Shown one piece after another: positions 18,008 through 27,877 of a DNA stretch of 64,000 nucleotides. A model generated the notes under the pieces. That model was not told the DNA's origin. It saw only the letters and a program-made list of their open reading frames with translations, and did not search any database. The stretch is from Planctomycetota bacterium (GTDB lineage: Bacteria; Planctomycetota; B15-G4), in contig CBDFJQ010000002.1 in assembly GCA_965248575.1 (NCBI GenBank), forward strand, positions 416,001 to 480,000, in the 5' to 3' direction. A program made the position numbers and the translations under genes. The first letter of the stretch is position 1, and each line of letters begins with the position of its first letter.

Positions 18008-20309
18008 GGTGGGGATGCTCATGGTTTGGGTAGGTGTCGCGCTCGCGTCTGTCGCCGGGGCAAGCCCAGCGGCCACGGCTCGGGTCGGGCTGGAGCGCTA
18101 CGAGTATAGGCAGGTTGTCTTCGGGGTCGAGGCGCGGCTCGTGCTGTATGCCACCGACGACAAGACCGCTCTCACCGCGGCCGAGGCGGCCTGGGCGCGC
18201 TTCGAGGAACTCGATGCAGCTCTCAGCGATTGGCGGGTGGACAGTGAGCTCAGCTTGTTGCGCGAAGCACCCGTGGGCGAGCCCCTTCCGATTGGAACCG
18301 ACCTCTTCGCCGTGCTGCAACTGGCCGATGAGCTGCACTCGGCCACGGCCGGGGCCTTTGACGCCAGCGTCGGGCCCTTCGTGAAGCTCTGGCGCGAGGC
18401 ACGTACCCTCAACCGGCTCCCAGCACAGGAGGATCTCGCTGCAGCCGCCGTTGCTGTTGGCTGGGACAAGTTGACGCTCGAGGCTTCGGGCGACGGCGCG
18501 GGCTTCGTTGTGTTGACCGTGCCCGGCATGGCCTTGGATCTAGGGGGCTTGGCCAAGGGTTACGGTGCGCAGCAGGCGCTGCTCGCCATGAGCGCCGTGG
18601 GTGTGAACCGTGCGCTTGTGGAAGTGGGCGGTGATGTCGCCGCCGGCGATGCTCCTCCGGATCGCGACGGCTGGGACACCCTCGCTGGCTGCGGGCCGGG
18701 GCGCGCCGTTCGCGTCAGCCTGACGAACGAGAGCCTCGCGGTGTCCGGGGATACCGAACAGTTTCTCGAAGTCGACGGCCGGCGCTACAGCCATCTCATC
18801 GACCCGCGCACGGGGCTCGCCGTCAGCCAGCGCACTTGCGCTTCGGTGGTCGCCAAGAGCGGGGCCGTGGCCGACGCCTTGGCCTCGGCAGTGCAGGTGA
18901 TCGGTCCGCGGGAGGGGCGTAGCGTGGTGGGACGTGTTGCTGGTGCGCGCGTCGTGTATGCCGAACGCCTGGACCTTCCGGTGGCCCAGCAGTTTCGTGA
19001 CCCGCTCCGGGTCGCCCCGTTGCTGGAGCTGGAGTTCGGAATGCCCCACGGGCAGGCTCGCGAAGCTGGGGAGCGCCCTGCCTGGACCGAAGAAGAGGAA
19101 GTACTCGTGGGCCGCCTCTTTGGAGAGGCCTCGGGGCCAGTGCGCTTCCCAGCGGGGACGAACTGGTCGCTGGAGATGCAGGTCTGGGGCAATGCAGGTG
19201 CAGACTTGCTCGTGCATCCCGATGCCGACCAGCTGGGGAAGGACGCCGTGCGGCTCGGGATCGGTGCCGGCGAGAATCTCAACGCACCTAGCGCTGCAGG
19301 GCGAGGCAACCACTGGGAGGTTCGCTGCACAGGCTTCGACAGGCGCTTCCAGGTCTGGCGAGACGGGGATCTGGTCCAGGATCTGCGCATACCGAGCAGC
19401 AAGACCTCGGCCGGGCATGAGCGCAAGGCTGCCTTCACCATGGTTCGCGCGGAGCTGTCCACCGACGGCGCCGAGGCCGAGGCGCCGGTGGGCATGGTCC
19501 GGGTTCGGGGGTTGAAGCTGCGACGGCTGGAATCGGTGGACGACGAGGGCTTGAGCGTGCTGGGTGGAGGCAAGTTGATCCTGACGGAGGACGCTGAGTT
19601 GCACGGGTGGCGTTCGCTGATCGACCTCGGCATGAGTGAGTGGGAGGAGGATCGAGGCAGCTACGTCTCCGCCCCCCTCGACTACCGGGTGACGGATGGC
19701 GTGTTGCATATCCCCTCCTCGGGAGGCGGGGGCCAGCTGCGGACGAAGCAGGACTTCCAGGACTTCCGGCTGCGCATGGAGTTCAAGCTGGCGCCCGGTG
19801 CGAACAGCGGGCTCTTCCTGCGTGGTGATCGTGCCGGCGGCGACCCGGCCTACAGCGGGTGTGAAGTCCAGATCATCGACGACCACGGCTGGGAAGGGCT
19901 GGCTGGCTTCCCGCTCCAGGAACGTCAGAAGTGCGGCAGCCTCTATGGGGCCGTCGCCGCCCAGGCTCCGGGAGCCCTGCGCCCGACGGGGGAGTGGAAC
20001 ACCTACGAAGTGCTCATGCACGGTCGGCGCATGGCAGTCGCGCTCAACGGTCGCGTGCTCTACGACGTCAACACCCACGAGTTGGAGTGTGAGCCACCGT
20101 TTGCCGATCGCGTGCCCACTGGGTTCATCGGCTTGCAGCGCTACGGCGCCCCCCATGTTCCCGGCGACACGGCCCTCTGGGTGCGCAACATGTTCGTCCG
20201 GGAGTACGGGCAGAAGGGCGACAGCGCGGCGCCCGGCGACGAGAACACGTCTGACGGGGATCCGGGCACAGCCCCGGGCGTCCAAGACGAAGACATTGAA
20301 CAAGGCTGA
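18006..20309 (+). CDS. ApbE-family FAD:protein FMN transferase fused to DUF1080-like domain(s) (start uncertain, about 17943-18021)
   Basis: FDASVGP, LDLGGLAKGY, VEVGGD, AVSGD, RYSHLIDPRTG, ADALAS; C-term ANSGLFLR, EVQIID, GEWNTYEV, GFIGLQ. Confidence 0.88.
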   Translation: MVGMLMVWVGVALASVAGASPAATARVGLERYEYRQVVFGVEARLVLYATDDKTALTAAEAAWARFEELDAALSDWRVDSELSLLREAPVGEPLPIGTDLFAVLQLADELHSATAGAFDASVGPFVKLWREARTLNRLPAQEDLAAAAVAVGWDKLTLEASGDGAGFVVLTVPGMALDLGGLAKGYGAQQALLAMSAVGVNRALVEVGGDVAAGDAPPDRDGWDTLAGCGPGRAVRVSLTNESLAVSGDTEQFLEVDGRRYSHLIDPRTGLAVSQRTCASVVAKSGAVADALASAVQVIGPREGRSVVGRVAGARVVYAERLDLPVAQQFRDPLRVAPLLELEFGMPHGQAREAGERPAWTEEEEVLVGRLFGEASGPVRFPAGTNWSLEMQVWGNAGADLLVHPDADQLGKDAVRLGIGAGENLNAPSAAGRGNHWEVRCTGFDRRFQVWRDGDLVQDLRIPSSKTSAGHERKAAFTMVRAELSTDGAEAEAPVGMVRVRGLKLRRLESVDDEGLSVLGGGKLILTEDAELHGWRSLIDLGMSEWEEDRGSYVSAPLDYRVTDGVLHIPSSGGGGQLRTKQDFQDFRLRMEFKLAPGANSGLFLRGDRAGGDPAYSGCEVQIIDDHGWEGLAGFPLQERQKCGSLYGAVAAQAPGALRPTGEWNTYEVLMHGRRMAVALNGRVLYDVNTHELECEPPFADRVPTGFIGLQRYGAPHVPGDTALWVRNMFVREYGQKGDSAAPGDENTSDGDPGTAPGVQDEDIEQG

Positions 20310-20325
20310 TTCCCAGGAGTTCCCC

Positions 20326-21687
20326 GTGGCCCTTTCTCGTTTCCTGAATCGAGGCACTCTGTGCCCGTCGATGTTGTGGCTCGCCCTTGGTCTCATGTCC
20401 GGCCTCACGAGTTGCGCTAGTGCGTCCGGCGCGCCTGAGTTCGTACCGCTGTTCGATGGGAAGAGTCTCGACGGCTGGGTGAGGGTGAATGGTGGGCCGA
20501 GCACGTTCGTGGCGAAGGACGGCATGATCGTTTGCGATGGCCAGCCCACCTGCGTGCTGCGCACCGAGCGGATGTACGAGAACTTCGTGTTGGAGATGGA
20601 TTATCGGCACATGCAGGCCGGGGGGAACGCCGGCCTCTTCGTCTGGTCTGACCCGCTCCCTGCAGTGGGGGTGCCGTTCACACGCTCCATCGAGGTCCAG
20701 GTGATGGACGGAATCGAGACGGAGAACTACACGAGTCACGGCGACATCTTCTCGATCTGGGGTGCGCGCATGACGCCCGACCGGCCGCACCCTGGGGGAT
20801 GGGAGCGCTGCCTTCCGAGCGAGAAGCGTGCCCGGCCGGCTCCCGAATGGAATCACTATCGCGTGACCTGCGTGGACGGCGACATCCAGCTCGAGGTGAA
20901 CGGCAAGCGAGTCAGCGGCGCGCACGATGTCACGCCCCGGCGAGGCTACATCTGCCTGGAGTCGGAGGGCAGCGAGGTGCACTTCCGGAATCTGAAGATC
21001 CAGGAACTCCCGAACTCAGCGGGTGGCTTGGAGCCCAGCCAGATCGCCCACGATGCAGGAGCCCCAGACGAAGCGTTCCGTTCGCTCTACAGCGGCGTGG
21101 ACCTGTCAGGTTGGAAGGTCGAGCAGGTCCACGAGGGGCATTGGACGCCTCAGGGCTGGCGACTCGACTATGACGGTCAGGGCGACACCCTGTGGAGTGA
21201 GGAGAGCTTCGGTGATTTTGAACTCGTGGCCGATTGGCGTTGGGCAGGTGAAGCCACACCAGGGCCGGTTCCGGTGGTCCATCCGGACGGCACCCAAGCG
21301 CTCGATGCGGACGGCAAGCAGCTCATGGTGGATGTGCCGCACACGGGAGACAGCGGCATCTACCTTCGTGGCAACAGCAAGAGCCAGGTGAACATCTGGG
21401 GTTGGCCCATCGGCTCTGGGGAGGTGTACGGCTACCGCACCGATGGATCGCTCACGGCGGAAGTCCGCCGCGGAGTCACACCTCTCGTGGCCGCAGACGT
21501 AGCCTTCGGGAAGTGGAACCGCTTCCACATCACGATGGTGGGTGATCGGCTGACGGTCGTGCTCAACGGGAAGCTGGTCCTGGACCGCGCTCAGCTGCCT
21601 GGCGTGCCAGCCGAGGGGCCTATCGCCCTCCAGCACCACGGTGCGGCGTTGCAGTTCGCGAACGTGTTCGTGCGCCCGTTGGATTGA
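20326..21687 (+). CDS. Tandem DUF1080 (3-keto-disaccharide hydrolase-like) lipoprotein
   Basis: AGGAG then GTG 20326; lipobox LTSC; LFDGKSLDGW, GNAGLF, WNHY; second domain DSGIYLRG, WNRF, ALQHHG. Confidence 0.9.
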   Translation: MALSRFLNRGTLCPSMLWLALGLMSGLTSCASASGAPEFVPLFDGKSLDGWVRVNGGPSTFVAKDGMIVCDGQPTCVLRTERMYENFVLEMDYRHMQAGGNAGLFVWSDPLPAVGVPFTRSIEVQVMDGIETENYTSHGDIFSIWGARMTPDRPHPGGWERCLPSEKRARPAPEWNHYRVTCVDGDIQLEVNGKRVSGAHDVTPRRGYICLESEGSEVHFRNLKIQELPNSAGGLEPSQIAHDAGAPDEAFRSLYSGVDLSGWKVEQVHEGHWTPQGWRLDYDGQGDTLWSEESFGDFELVADWRWAGEATPGPVPVVHPDGTQALDADGKQLMVDVPHTGDSGIYLRGNSKSQVNIWGWPIGSGEVYGYRTDGSLTAEVRRGVTPLVAADVAFGKWNRFHITMVGDRLTVVLNGKLVLDRAQLPGVPAEGPIALQHHGAALQFANVFVRPLD

Positions 21688-21714
21688 CGGGCAGCACCGG
21701 GGTCGAGTGTGAAC

Positions 21715-22485
21715 TCAGTCCAGACGCTTCACGCGGATGTTGCGGTACCAAACAGGATCGCCGTGGTCCTGCAGTGCGATGTGCCCGCGCCCGGTCTTGC
21801 CGTACCCCGGCCAGCGCGTGAACTTGCTCTTCGCCAGGAGTGCCTCCCACTCCGGGCTTCCCAGCTGGTACTCCACCACGGGAACACCGTTGAGCCAGTG
21901 CTGTACATGGCCGTCCTGGATGCGCAGGCGCACCGTGTTCCACTCGCCCACGGGCCGGGTGACGTCTTCGGGCGGCGCATGCATGGCGTAGTTCGCCCCA
22001 GCCGAGGTCATGGGGTTGGCGCCGTCGGGGTGCAGGTCATTGTCCAGGACCTGCATCTCCGGGCCGGTCTCATAGACCCCGCCCTTCTCTTCGGAGACGT
22101 GGAAGAAGATGCCGCTGTTGCCGCCGGGGGAGATCTTCCACTGCAGGTGCAGCTCGAAGTCTGCGAACTGCTGCTCGGTGATGACGTCGCCGCCGCCCGC
22201 GCTGCGGGTCAGGGTTCCGTCCTCGACGGTCCAGCCGGCGGGCATCTGTTCGCTTCTGAAGCCTCGCCATCCGCGGGTGGACTCACCGTCGAACAGCAAC
22301 TCGAACCCGTCCGACTGCTCCTGCCCTGAGAGCGTGTTGGGAGCGAGAGCGAGGCCCGTTTCTGCGCACGTGCCGCACACGCTCCGACAGGTGACCTGAA
22401 GCAGGGCGACAGCCAGGCAGAAGCCCAGGGCCTTCAGGAGCTTGGGAGCGGGAGAGCGGGCAGGCAGGATCGGTCGAGAGGTCAC
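21715..22485 (-). CDS. DUF1080 (3-keto-disaccharide hydrolase-like) exported protein
   Basis: LLFDG, GNSGIFF, PEMQVLDN, GEWN, GHIALQDHG, YRNIRV; GTGA overlap with MFS stop. Confidence 0.93.
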   Translation of the reverse strand: MTSRPILPARSPAPKLLKALGFCLAVALLQVTCRSVCGTCAETGLALAPNTLSGQEQSDGFELLFDGESTRGWRGFRSEQMPAGWTVEDGTLTRSAGGGDVITEQQFADFELHLQWKISPGGNSGIFFHVSEEKGGVYETGPEMQVLDNDLHPDGANPMTSAGANYAMHAPPEDVTRPVGEWNTVRLRIQDGHVQHWLNGVPVVEYQLGSPEWEALLAKSKFTRWPGYGKTGRGHIALQDHGDPVWYRNIRVKRLD

Positions 22486-23783
22486 GAGGCGTTCTCCGCG
22501 CGGACTGAACGAGCTGGGTAGAACAAGGACAGCAGAACGAGGCAGGCAAGGCTGGCCCACATGGGGACGCTGAACAAGCGGGTGTAGTCGAGCGTGCCCG
22601 CACTGTCGGTGGCCCAGTCGGCGACATACCCGGCGATCAGGCTGCCGACGATGATTCCGATGCCCACGATGACGAGGTTGAACAGGCTCTGGGCGCTGGC
22701 CCGGACGTCGATGGAGGTCTCTTCATCTACGATCATGAAGGCCACGAAGATGAAGCAGCCGAAGCACAAGCCGTGCAGGGCAACGCCCGCCATGATCACC
22801 GGGATCGACTCTGCGTACGCGAAGATGGCCATGCGCCCGGCATAGGCCAGCAGGCCAATGGACAGCAGGGATTTGCGCGAGACCCGTTTGACGAGCATGG
22901 GGATCAACGCGAGGACGAGGAGCTCGGCCAGCTGGCCGATGGTCATCAAGCCGCCTCCGCCCACGCCGAACACCTGGTTGATGCTCTCCGTCGCGCTAGT
23001 CTGGATGGTGCTGAGGAAGCCAGCGGTGTGCACGAAGTAGAACTGGTGGATACAGCTGACGGGCACTGCGAGCAAGAACAACGTCAGCAGTGGGTTCCGC
23101 CTCACTTCACCCAGGGCCTCGGCGGTGGCGTTCTTGTTCTGCCCTTGCGCTGGCGGTGTGTGCGGAAGAACGAAGCAGAAGAGGCCCATGAGCAGACCGA
23201 GCAAGGCGCTCAGGCGGAAGGCGTCGGAGCGCCCCGCATCCTGGGCGGCAGCGATCAGCTCCGGTGTGCCCTCGGCGGGCGTGTGCTGATGGAGCAGCCA
23301 CTGGCCGATGCCGATCCCCACCACGATCCAGCCCAGGGTCCCCCAGAGACGGATCTTGCCGAAGTCGCGGTCGCGATCGGGGATGTGATGGAAGGCCAGA
23401 CTGTTGGTCAAGGCCAAGGTGGGGGAGTAGACGATGGAGTACGCCAAGGAGAACCACAGGAAGCCCGAGTAGGTCTCGATGGAGCTGAGCTGCCAGACGA
23501 GTGCTGCCCCGAGCAGGTGGCTGATGCCGAGGAAGCGCTCGGTGGCGAACCAGCGATCGGCGATCTGACCCGCAATGAAGGGGGCGAGCAGGGCGCCCAC
23601 CGCGCCGACCGAGAAGATCCAGGCGATCTGGTCTGCCGCGAAGCCCCGGTGTCCTGCCAGGTACGGCCACAGCAGGGGCAGCCAGGCACCCCAGATGGCG
23701 TACTGCAGGAACATCATGAACGAGAGGTTGGCGTAGAGCCCCTTCTCGAGCGGCTCGGCCTCGACTTCAGCGAAAGTGCTCAT
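22482..23783 (-). CDS. MFS transporter, nucleoside:H+ symporter (NupG/XapB-like) family
   Basis: [50 protein letters not shown]. Confidence 0.92.
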   Translation of the reverse strand: MSTFAEVEAEPLEKGLYANLSFMMFLQYAIWGAWLPLLWPYLAGHRGFAADQIAWIFSVGAVGALLAPFIAGQIADRWFATERFLGISHLLGAALVWQLSSIETYSGFLWFSLAYSIVYSPTLALTNSLAFHHIPDRDRDFGKIRLWGTLGWIVVGIGIGQWLLHQHTPAEGTPELIAAAQDAGRSDAFRLSALLGLLMGLFCFVLPHTPPAQGQNKNATAEALGEVRRNPLLTLFLLAVPVSCIHQFYFVHTAGFLSTIQTSATESINQVFGVGGGGLMTIGQLAELLVLALIPMLVKRVSRKSLLSIGLLAYAGRMAIFAYAESIPVIMAGVALHGLCFGCFIFVAFMIVDEETSIDVRASAQSLFNLVIVGIGIIVGSLIAGYVADWATDSAGTLDYTRLFSVPMWASLACLVLLSLFYPARSVRAENAS

Positions 23784-24823
23784 TCGCTGAACGCCGCATC
23801 AAAGGCGACCTCGGATTGGGGGAAGTCCAGGCGCTTCACGAAGGCCGCGGCCTCCGTGGCGCCGTGCTCGCGATTCATCATGGGGTCTTCCCATTCCACG
23901 GAGAGGGGACCTTCGTAGTCGAGATGGTTGAGCAGGCGCACGATGCCTTCAAAGTCGATGCGCCCCCTGCCTGGGCTGCGGAAGTCCCAGAAGCGGCCGT
24001 CAGAGCCGAAGTCCGTGTGCCCGCCGAAGACACCCGCTTCTGCCGGTGAGTCGGACCACCAGACGTCCTTCACGTGAACGTTGAAGAGGCGCGTTCCGAA
24101 TTCCCGCAGGAAGCCCAGGTAGTCCACGCCCTGGTACCCGAAGTGGGAGGGGTCGAAGTTGAACCCGAAGGCGGGGTGTCCGTCCAGCGCCGCCAGCGCC
24201 CGCCGTGTGGACGCGATGTCGAAGGCGATCTCCGTGGGATGCACTTCGAGCGCGAAGCTGACGCCGTGGGCCGCGTAGTCGTCGAGGATGGGTTTCCAGC
24301 GCGCGGCGAAGTCCTGGAAGCCCGCCTCGATAGAGCCTGCCGGAAGCGGGGGGAACGCGTAGGCGGCATCCCAGATGGAGCTTCCCGTGAAGCCTACGAC
24401 GACCGTCCGTCCGGTCCTGGCCAGTCGATCCTTGACGGCCGACGGTGCTGCATCGAAGAAGCGTCGGGCCGCCTGTCCGGTGGCGATCATCTCTTGTGCT
24501 GCCCGCTGTCGGACACCTTCCGGGTCGCCGTCACCCCAGATGGCGGCGGGTAGGATTCCCTTGTGCCGCTCGTCGATCCGGTCGCACACGGCCTGGCCCA
24601 CAAGGTGGTTGCTGACGGCAAAGGAGAGCAGACCATGCTGTTGCAGCAACTCCCAGTGTTGCGCGCAGTAGTCGTCCTCCTGGGTCGCGCGCTGCACATC
24701 GAAGTGGTCGCCCCAGCAGGCAAGCTCCAGGGCGTCGTAGCCAAAGGAAGCGGCCTTCGCGCATAAAGTCTCAAGAGGGAGGTCGGCCCACTGGCCGGTG
24801 AACAGCGATACGGGGCGGGGCAA
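23780..24823 (-). CDS. Sugar phosphate isomerase/epimerase TIM barrel (3-keto-glycoside eliminase-like)
   Basis: [60 protein letters not shown]. Confidence 0.9.
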   Translation of the reverse strand: MPRPVSLFTGQWADLPLETLCAKAASFGYDALELACWGDHFDVQRATQEDDYCAQHWELLQQHGLLSFAVSNHLVGQAVCDRIDERHKGILPAAIWGDGDPEGVRQRAAQEMIATGQAARRFFDAAPSAVKDRLARTGRTVVVGFTGSSIWDAAYAFPPLPAGSIEAGFQDFAARWKPILDDYAAHGVSFALEVHPTEIAFDIASTRRALAALDGHPAFGFNFDPSHFGYQGVDYLGFLREFGTRLFNVHVKDVWWSDSPAEAGVFGGHTDFGSDGRFWDFRSPGRGRIDFEGIVRLLNHLDYEGPLSVEWEDPMMNREHGATEAAAFVKRLDFPQSEVAFDAAFSE

Positions 24824-24913
24824 GGGCTGTCCTCACGCGGGGCGGAAGGGGGCTCGCGCGACGTCCCACGCGAGGGCGCGCCAGGGTACCAAGCGGCCGG
24901 GCTCGTCGAGCCT

Positions 24914-26080
24914 CTACTTGACCTGGGACAGCTTGATGGCGCTGCGTTCGCGCGCCGAGATCATGGCTGCCTCCAGGACCCGCTGCGTCTCGTAGGCGTC
25001 CGCGAAGTCGGGAAGCGGGACGACGGGCTTCTTGCGGGACAGGGATCGCACGATGTCCGCCGCCATGTTGGTGAAACCGTGCTCGTAGCCCACGACGTGG
25101 GCGTCGGGCCACCAGTTCTCGGCATAGGGGTGCCCGCCCTGAGCATTGGTGCACATGATGCGGCGCCAGCCCGCGGTGCGCGGCCCCTCGGTTTCATCGT
25201 GGTACCAGAGCACGTTCATGTCTTCGAAATCGAAGCGCAACGAGCCCGACTCGCCGTTCAGCTCGATGCCGTTGCGGTTCTGGTGCCCCGCCGCCAGGCG
25301 TGTGGCTTCGAAGCTGCCCGTCGCTCCGCCGGAGAAGCTAGCGAGAAAGAGGGTGGCGTCATCGACATCGCTTCGGCCGACAGCCTTGGGGTCATCGGGC
25401 TTCGTGCGTTGCTTGATGAAGGTGCGCGACACCGCGCCATGAATCTCCGTGATGGACTCGCCCGTGATGAAGCGTGCCATGTCCACGATGTGTGCGTTGA
25501 GATCACCATGGGCACCGCTACCCGCGTGCTTCTTTTGGAATCGCCAGCTGAGCGGCGTCCCGGGGCCTCCCCAGCTCTGCAGGTAATGGGCCCGGACATG
25601 GTAGATCGCCCCTAGCCGCCCCTCCTTGACGAGTTGGTGCGCCAAGGCCACGGCGGGGCAGCGCCGGTAGTTGAACCAGACGAAAGTCTGTCCCTGGGCT
25701 GAGGCGGCCGCCTGTTTCATGGCACGCGCTTCGTCCAGGGTGCGGGCGAGGGGCTTCTCACAGGCGACGTGCTTGCCGGCCTCGAGCATGGCGAGCGCCT
25801 GCTCGTGATGGACGTGGTTCGGTGTGCCGATGTCCACGAGATCAATCTCAGCGTTGTCGGCCAGGTCCTGCCAGCGGACGGTCCAATGCGGCCAGCCCCA
25901 CTGCGCCGCGAACGACTCGGTCTCCTCGGCGTTGCGCGCGGCGAGGGTGTGCAGCTGGACAGCCCGCGGGAGCTGGAAGAATCGCCCGGCCTGGTGCCAC
26001 GCATTGCTATGAGCACGGCCCATGAACTTGGCACCGATCAAGGCGACCTGCAGCGGACGGGGCATCGGCAACTCTCTCAT
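24914..26080 (-). CDS. Gfo/Idh/MocA family oxidoreductase (glycoside/levoglucosan 3-dehydrogenase-like)
   Basis: IGAKFMGRAHS, GKHVACEKPLA, FNYRRCPA, GAHGDLNAHIVD, WWPDAHVVGYEH. Confidence 0.92.
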   Translation of the reverse strand: MRELPMPRPLQVALIGAKFMGRAHSNAWHQAGRFFQLPRAVQLHTLAARNAEETESFAAQWGWPHWTVRWQDLADNAEIDLVDIGTPNHVHHEQALAMLEAGKHVACEKPLARTLDEARAMKQAAASAQGQTFVWFNYRRCPAVALAHQLVKEGRLGAIYHVRAHYLQSWGGPGTPLSWRFQKKHAGSGAHGDLNAHIVDMARFITGESITEIHGAVSRTFIKQRTKPDDPKAVGRSDVDDATLFLASFSGGATGSFEATRLAAGHQNRNGIELNGESGSLRFDFEDMNVLWYHDETEGPRTAGWRRIMCTNAQGGHPYAENWWPDAHVVGYEHGFTNMAADIVRSLSRKKPVVPLPDFADAYETQRVLEAAMISARERSAIKLSQVK

Positions 26081-26285
26081 GGGGGAGCGGAGGTGGCAGG
26101 GCTGTCATCCCATCTGAAATGGGAGCCGGGAACAATGCTCTGGCTGGATAAGTGCTTCGGCCCGGCTCCAATCGCTGTTCCCCTGGTGAGAGACGGCCCG
26201 CTCGTGAGTCACTCAACACCGGGCGGAACTGCGCTGAGCTGAGATCATCGAAGGCCTGCTGATGACAGGGACTGAGCGAGGGCCG

Positions 26286-27416
26286 TTAGGCTCCGCGGGA
26301 CTGCTGAAGTCGGGTGGCGATGCGCTCGGCTGCCCGGTCCACGGCCCCTGGCTGGAAGCAGCGCTCGCGCAGCACACGCAGGGCTTGCAGCTGCTCCCCA
26401 TAGGCCGGCGTGTCCGTGACGAGTGGCTCGATGGCGTCGAACAAGGGTTGAGGTTCCTCAGTCGTGAGCAACAGCTCTGGGGTGACCTCGCGTCCGCAAA
26501 CGAGATTCACCTGGCCCACGAAGGGCGGCACCAGGATGGCCCGCCGCATGCGCTCTTCCATGGGCGTGAGGCGGTAGAAGACCACGAGCGGCGTGCCGAG
26601 CAAGGCCGTCTCGAGGGTGGCGGTACCGCTGCCCACCAGAGCGCAACGGCACGAGGCCATGACGCCGTGGATGTCGTCGCCATGCAGCTGCAAGGGGACT
26701 CCTGCAGCCGCCGCAGCGCGCTCCATGTTCTTGAGCTCGTCGGGGGAGACGTGCGCCGCATGGAAGCTGATGTCGGGGTGCCGTTGCGCCAAGAGCCTGG
26801 CCGTCTCGAGCAGCAGCGGCATGTGTTTCCGGACTTCGCGCCGACGACTGCCCGGCAGCAAGGCAACAGGGCGAGGAAGCTCCTGGATCTCGCGCCGCTC
26901 GGGGGGGCTGGCCGGCAAGGCGTCCACCAGGGGATGGCCGATCCAGTGGGCGGTCATGCCAGCGTCGCGAAAGAGGGCTTCCTCAAACGGAAAGATGACG
27001 TGTGCCTCGTCGACAACCCGGGCGAAGCGGCGGATCCGCCAGGGTGCCCAGGCCCAGAGTTGGGGGGCCACGAAGTACACGACCGGGATGCCCCGCCGAT
27101 GTGCCATGCGGGCCAGGAAGAGGTTGAACCCGGGATAGTCGACGAGCACGAGCAGGTCGGGCCGACGCTTGGCGAACACGCCGGCCACCTGGCGCAGCAG
27201 GCGCAGTAACTGCGGCACGGCCTTCACGGCAGGCCGGATGCCGATGATGGCGTGGGACACGAGGTCGGCATGCAGTTTCACGTCTGCCGAGGCCAGCTCC
27301 CGGCCGCCGAGACCTTCCACTTGCAGCTGTGGAACACGACTACGCAGCGCGCGCACCAACCGTGCGGCATGCTGATCTCCCGAGGTGTCTCCGGCGCTGA
27401 TGAAGAGCTTCGGCAT
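26286..27416 (-). CDS. lpxB: Lipid-A-disaccharide synthase
   Basis: FISAGDTSGD, VDYPGFN, PQLWAW, IFPFE, GHPL, LLPGSR, SGTATLE, PELL. Confidence 0.95.
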   Translation of the reverse strand: MPKLFISAGDTSGDQHAARLVRALRSRVPQLQVEGLGGRELASADVKLHADLVSHAIIGIRPAVKAVPQLLRLLRQVAGVFAKRRPDLLVLVDYPGFNLFLARMAHRRGIPVVYFVAPQLWAWAPWRIRRFARVVDEAHVIFPFEEALFRDAGMTAHWIGHPLVDALPASPPERREIQELPRPVALLPGSRRREVRKHMPLLLETARLLAQRHPDISFHAAHVSPDELKNMERAAAAAGVPLQLHGDDIHGVMASCRCALVGSGTATLETALLGTPLVVFYRLTPMEERMRRAILVPPFVGQVNLVCGREVTPELLLTTEEPQPLFDAIEPLVTDTPAYGEQLQALRVLRERCFQPGAVDRAAERIATRLQQSRGA

Positions 27417-27442
27417 GGGCTGGGCAGGGTGCCGCGCGGTGC

Positions 27443-27877
27443 TCAATCGAGAACGCGGATGCTCTCGCAGAGGAGGGCCAGGGTGGTCTGGGCGCGGTCC
27501 AGGTGTGTGGCGGACACCAGCAGGTGGTCGCGACTGAAGGCCGTCACGGCTCCGAGCGGGATCGAGGCAGCTGCGAGGGCGCCACTGACGGCTGAGAGGA
27601 CGCCCACCACATCCCAGTCCATCACGGTGTCCAAGGTGAGTAGGCACCAGCCGTCGTCGCGACGCAGAGGGGCCGGAAACTCGCGCATCGAGGCTGCGGG
27701 GACAAAGGCCGTGACCTCCATCTCATCGCTGATGACGAAGGTGTGCTGTTCGCGGGATCGAAGCAGGGCACCAAAGACAGCTGACAGCTGGTTGGTCTGC
27801 CAGGCCGCCAGGGTGAACGGCCCACGGCGAACCAGCAAAGTAGTGTGGGCCAGGATCTGCTCGGGGGATGCGCTCAC
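27443..27877 (-). CDS. ACT-domain protein (ACT_7-like)
   Basis: W.LLTLD..MDWDVVGVLSAVSGALAAASIP...VTAFSRDHLLV; GTGA overlap with upstream gene. Confidence 0.8.
   Translation of the reverse strand: MSASPEQILAHTTLLVRRGPFTLAAWQTNQLSAVFGALLRSREQHTFVISDEMEVTAFVPAASMREFPAPLRRDDGWCLLTLDTVMDWDVVGVLSAVSGALAAASIPLGAVTAFSRDHLLVSATHLDRAQTTLALLCESIRVLD

Noticed and set aside
19696..20325. Long overlap of the 663-aa ORF with the ApbE fusion
   Set aside because: AGGAG plus GTG at 20326 followed by a lipoprotein signal gives a clean non-overlapping start
18540..20564. Long antisense ORFs (also 4303-5766, 30906-32471, 36509-37918, 55964-57499, 59361-60779)
   Set aside because: Shadow frames of well-supported genes, expected from GC-rich codon bias; no recognisable motifs
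26081..26285. Inverted repeats (GGAGCCGGG/CCCGGCTCC) between lpxB and the Gfo gene
   Set aside because: Short GC-rich stems without U-tract or recurrence elsewhere in the window; could be chance
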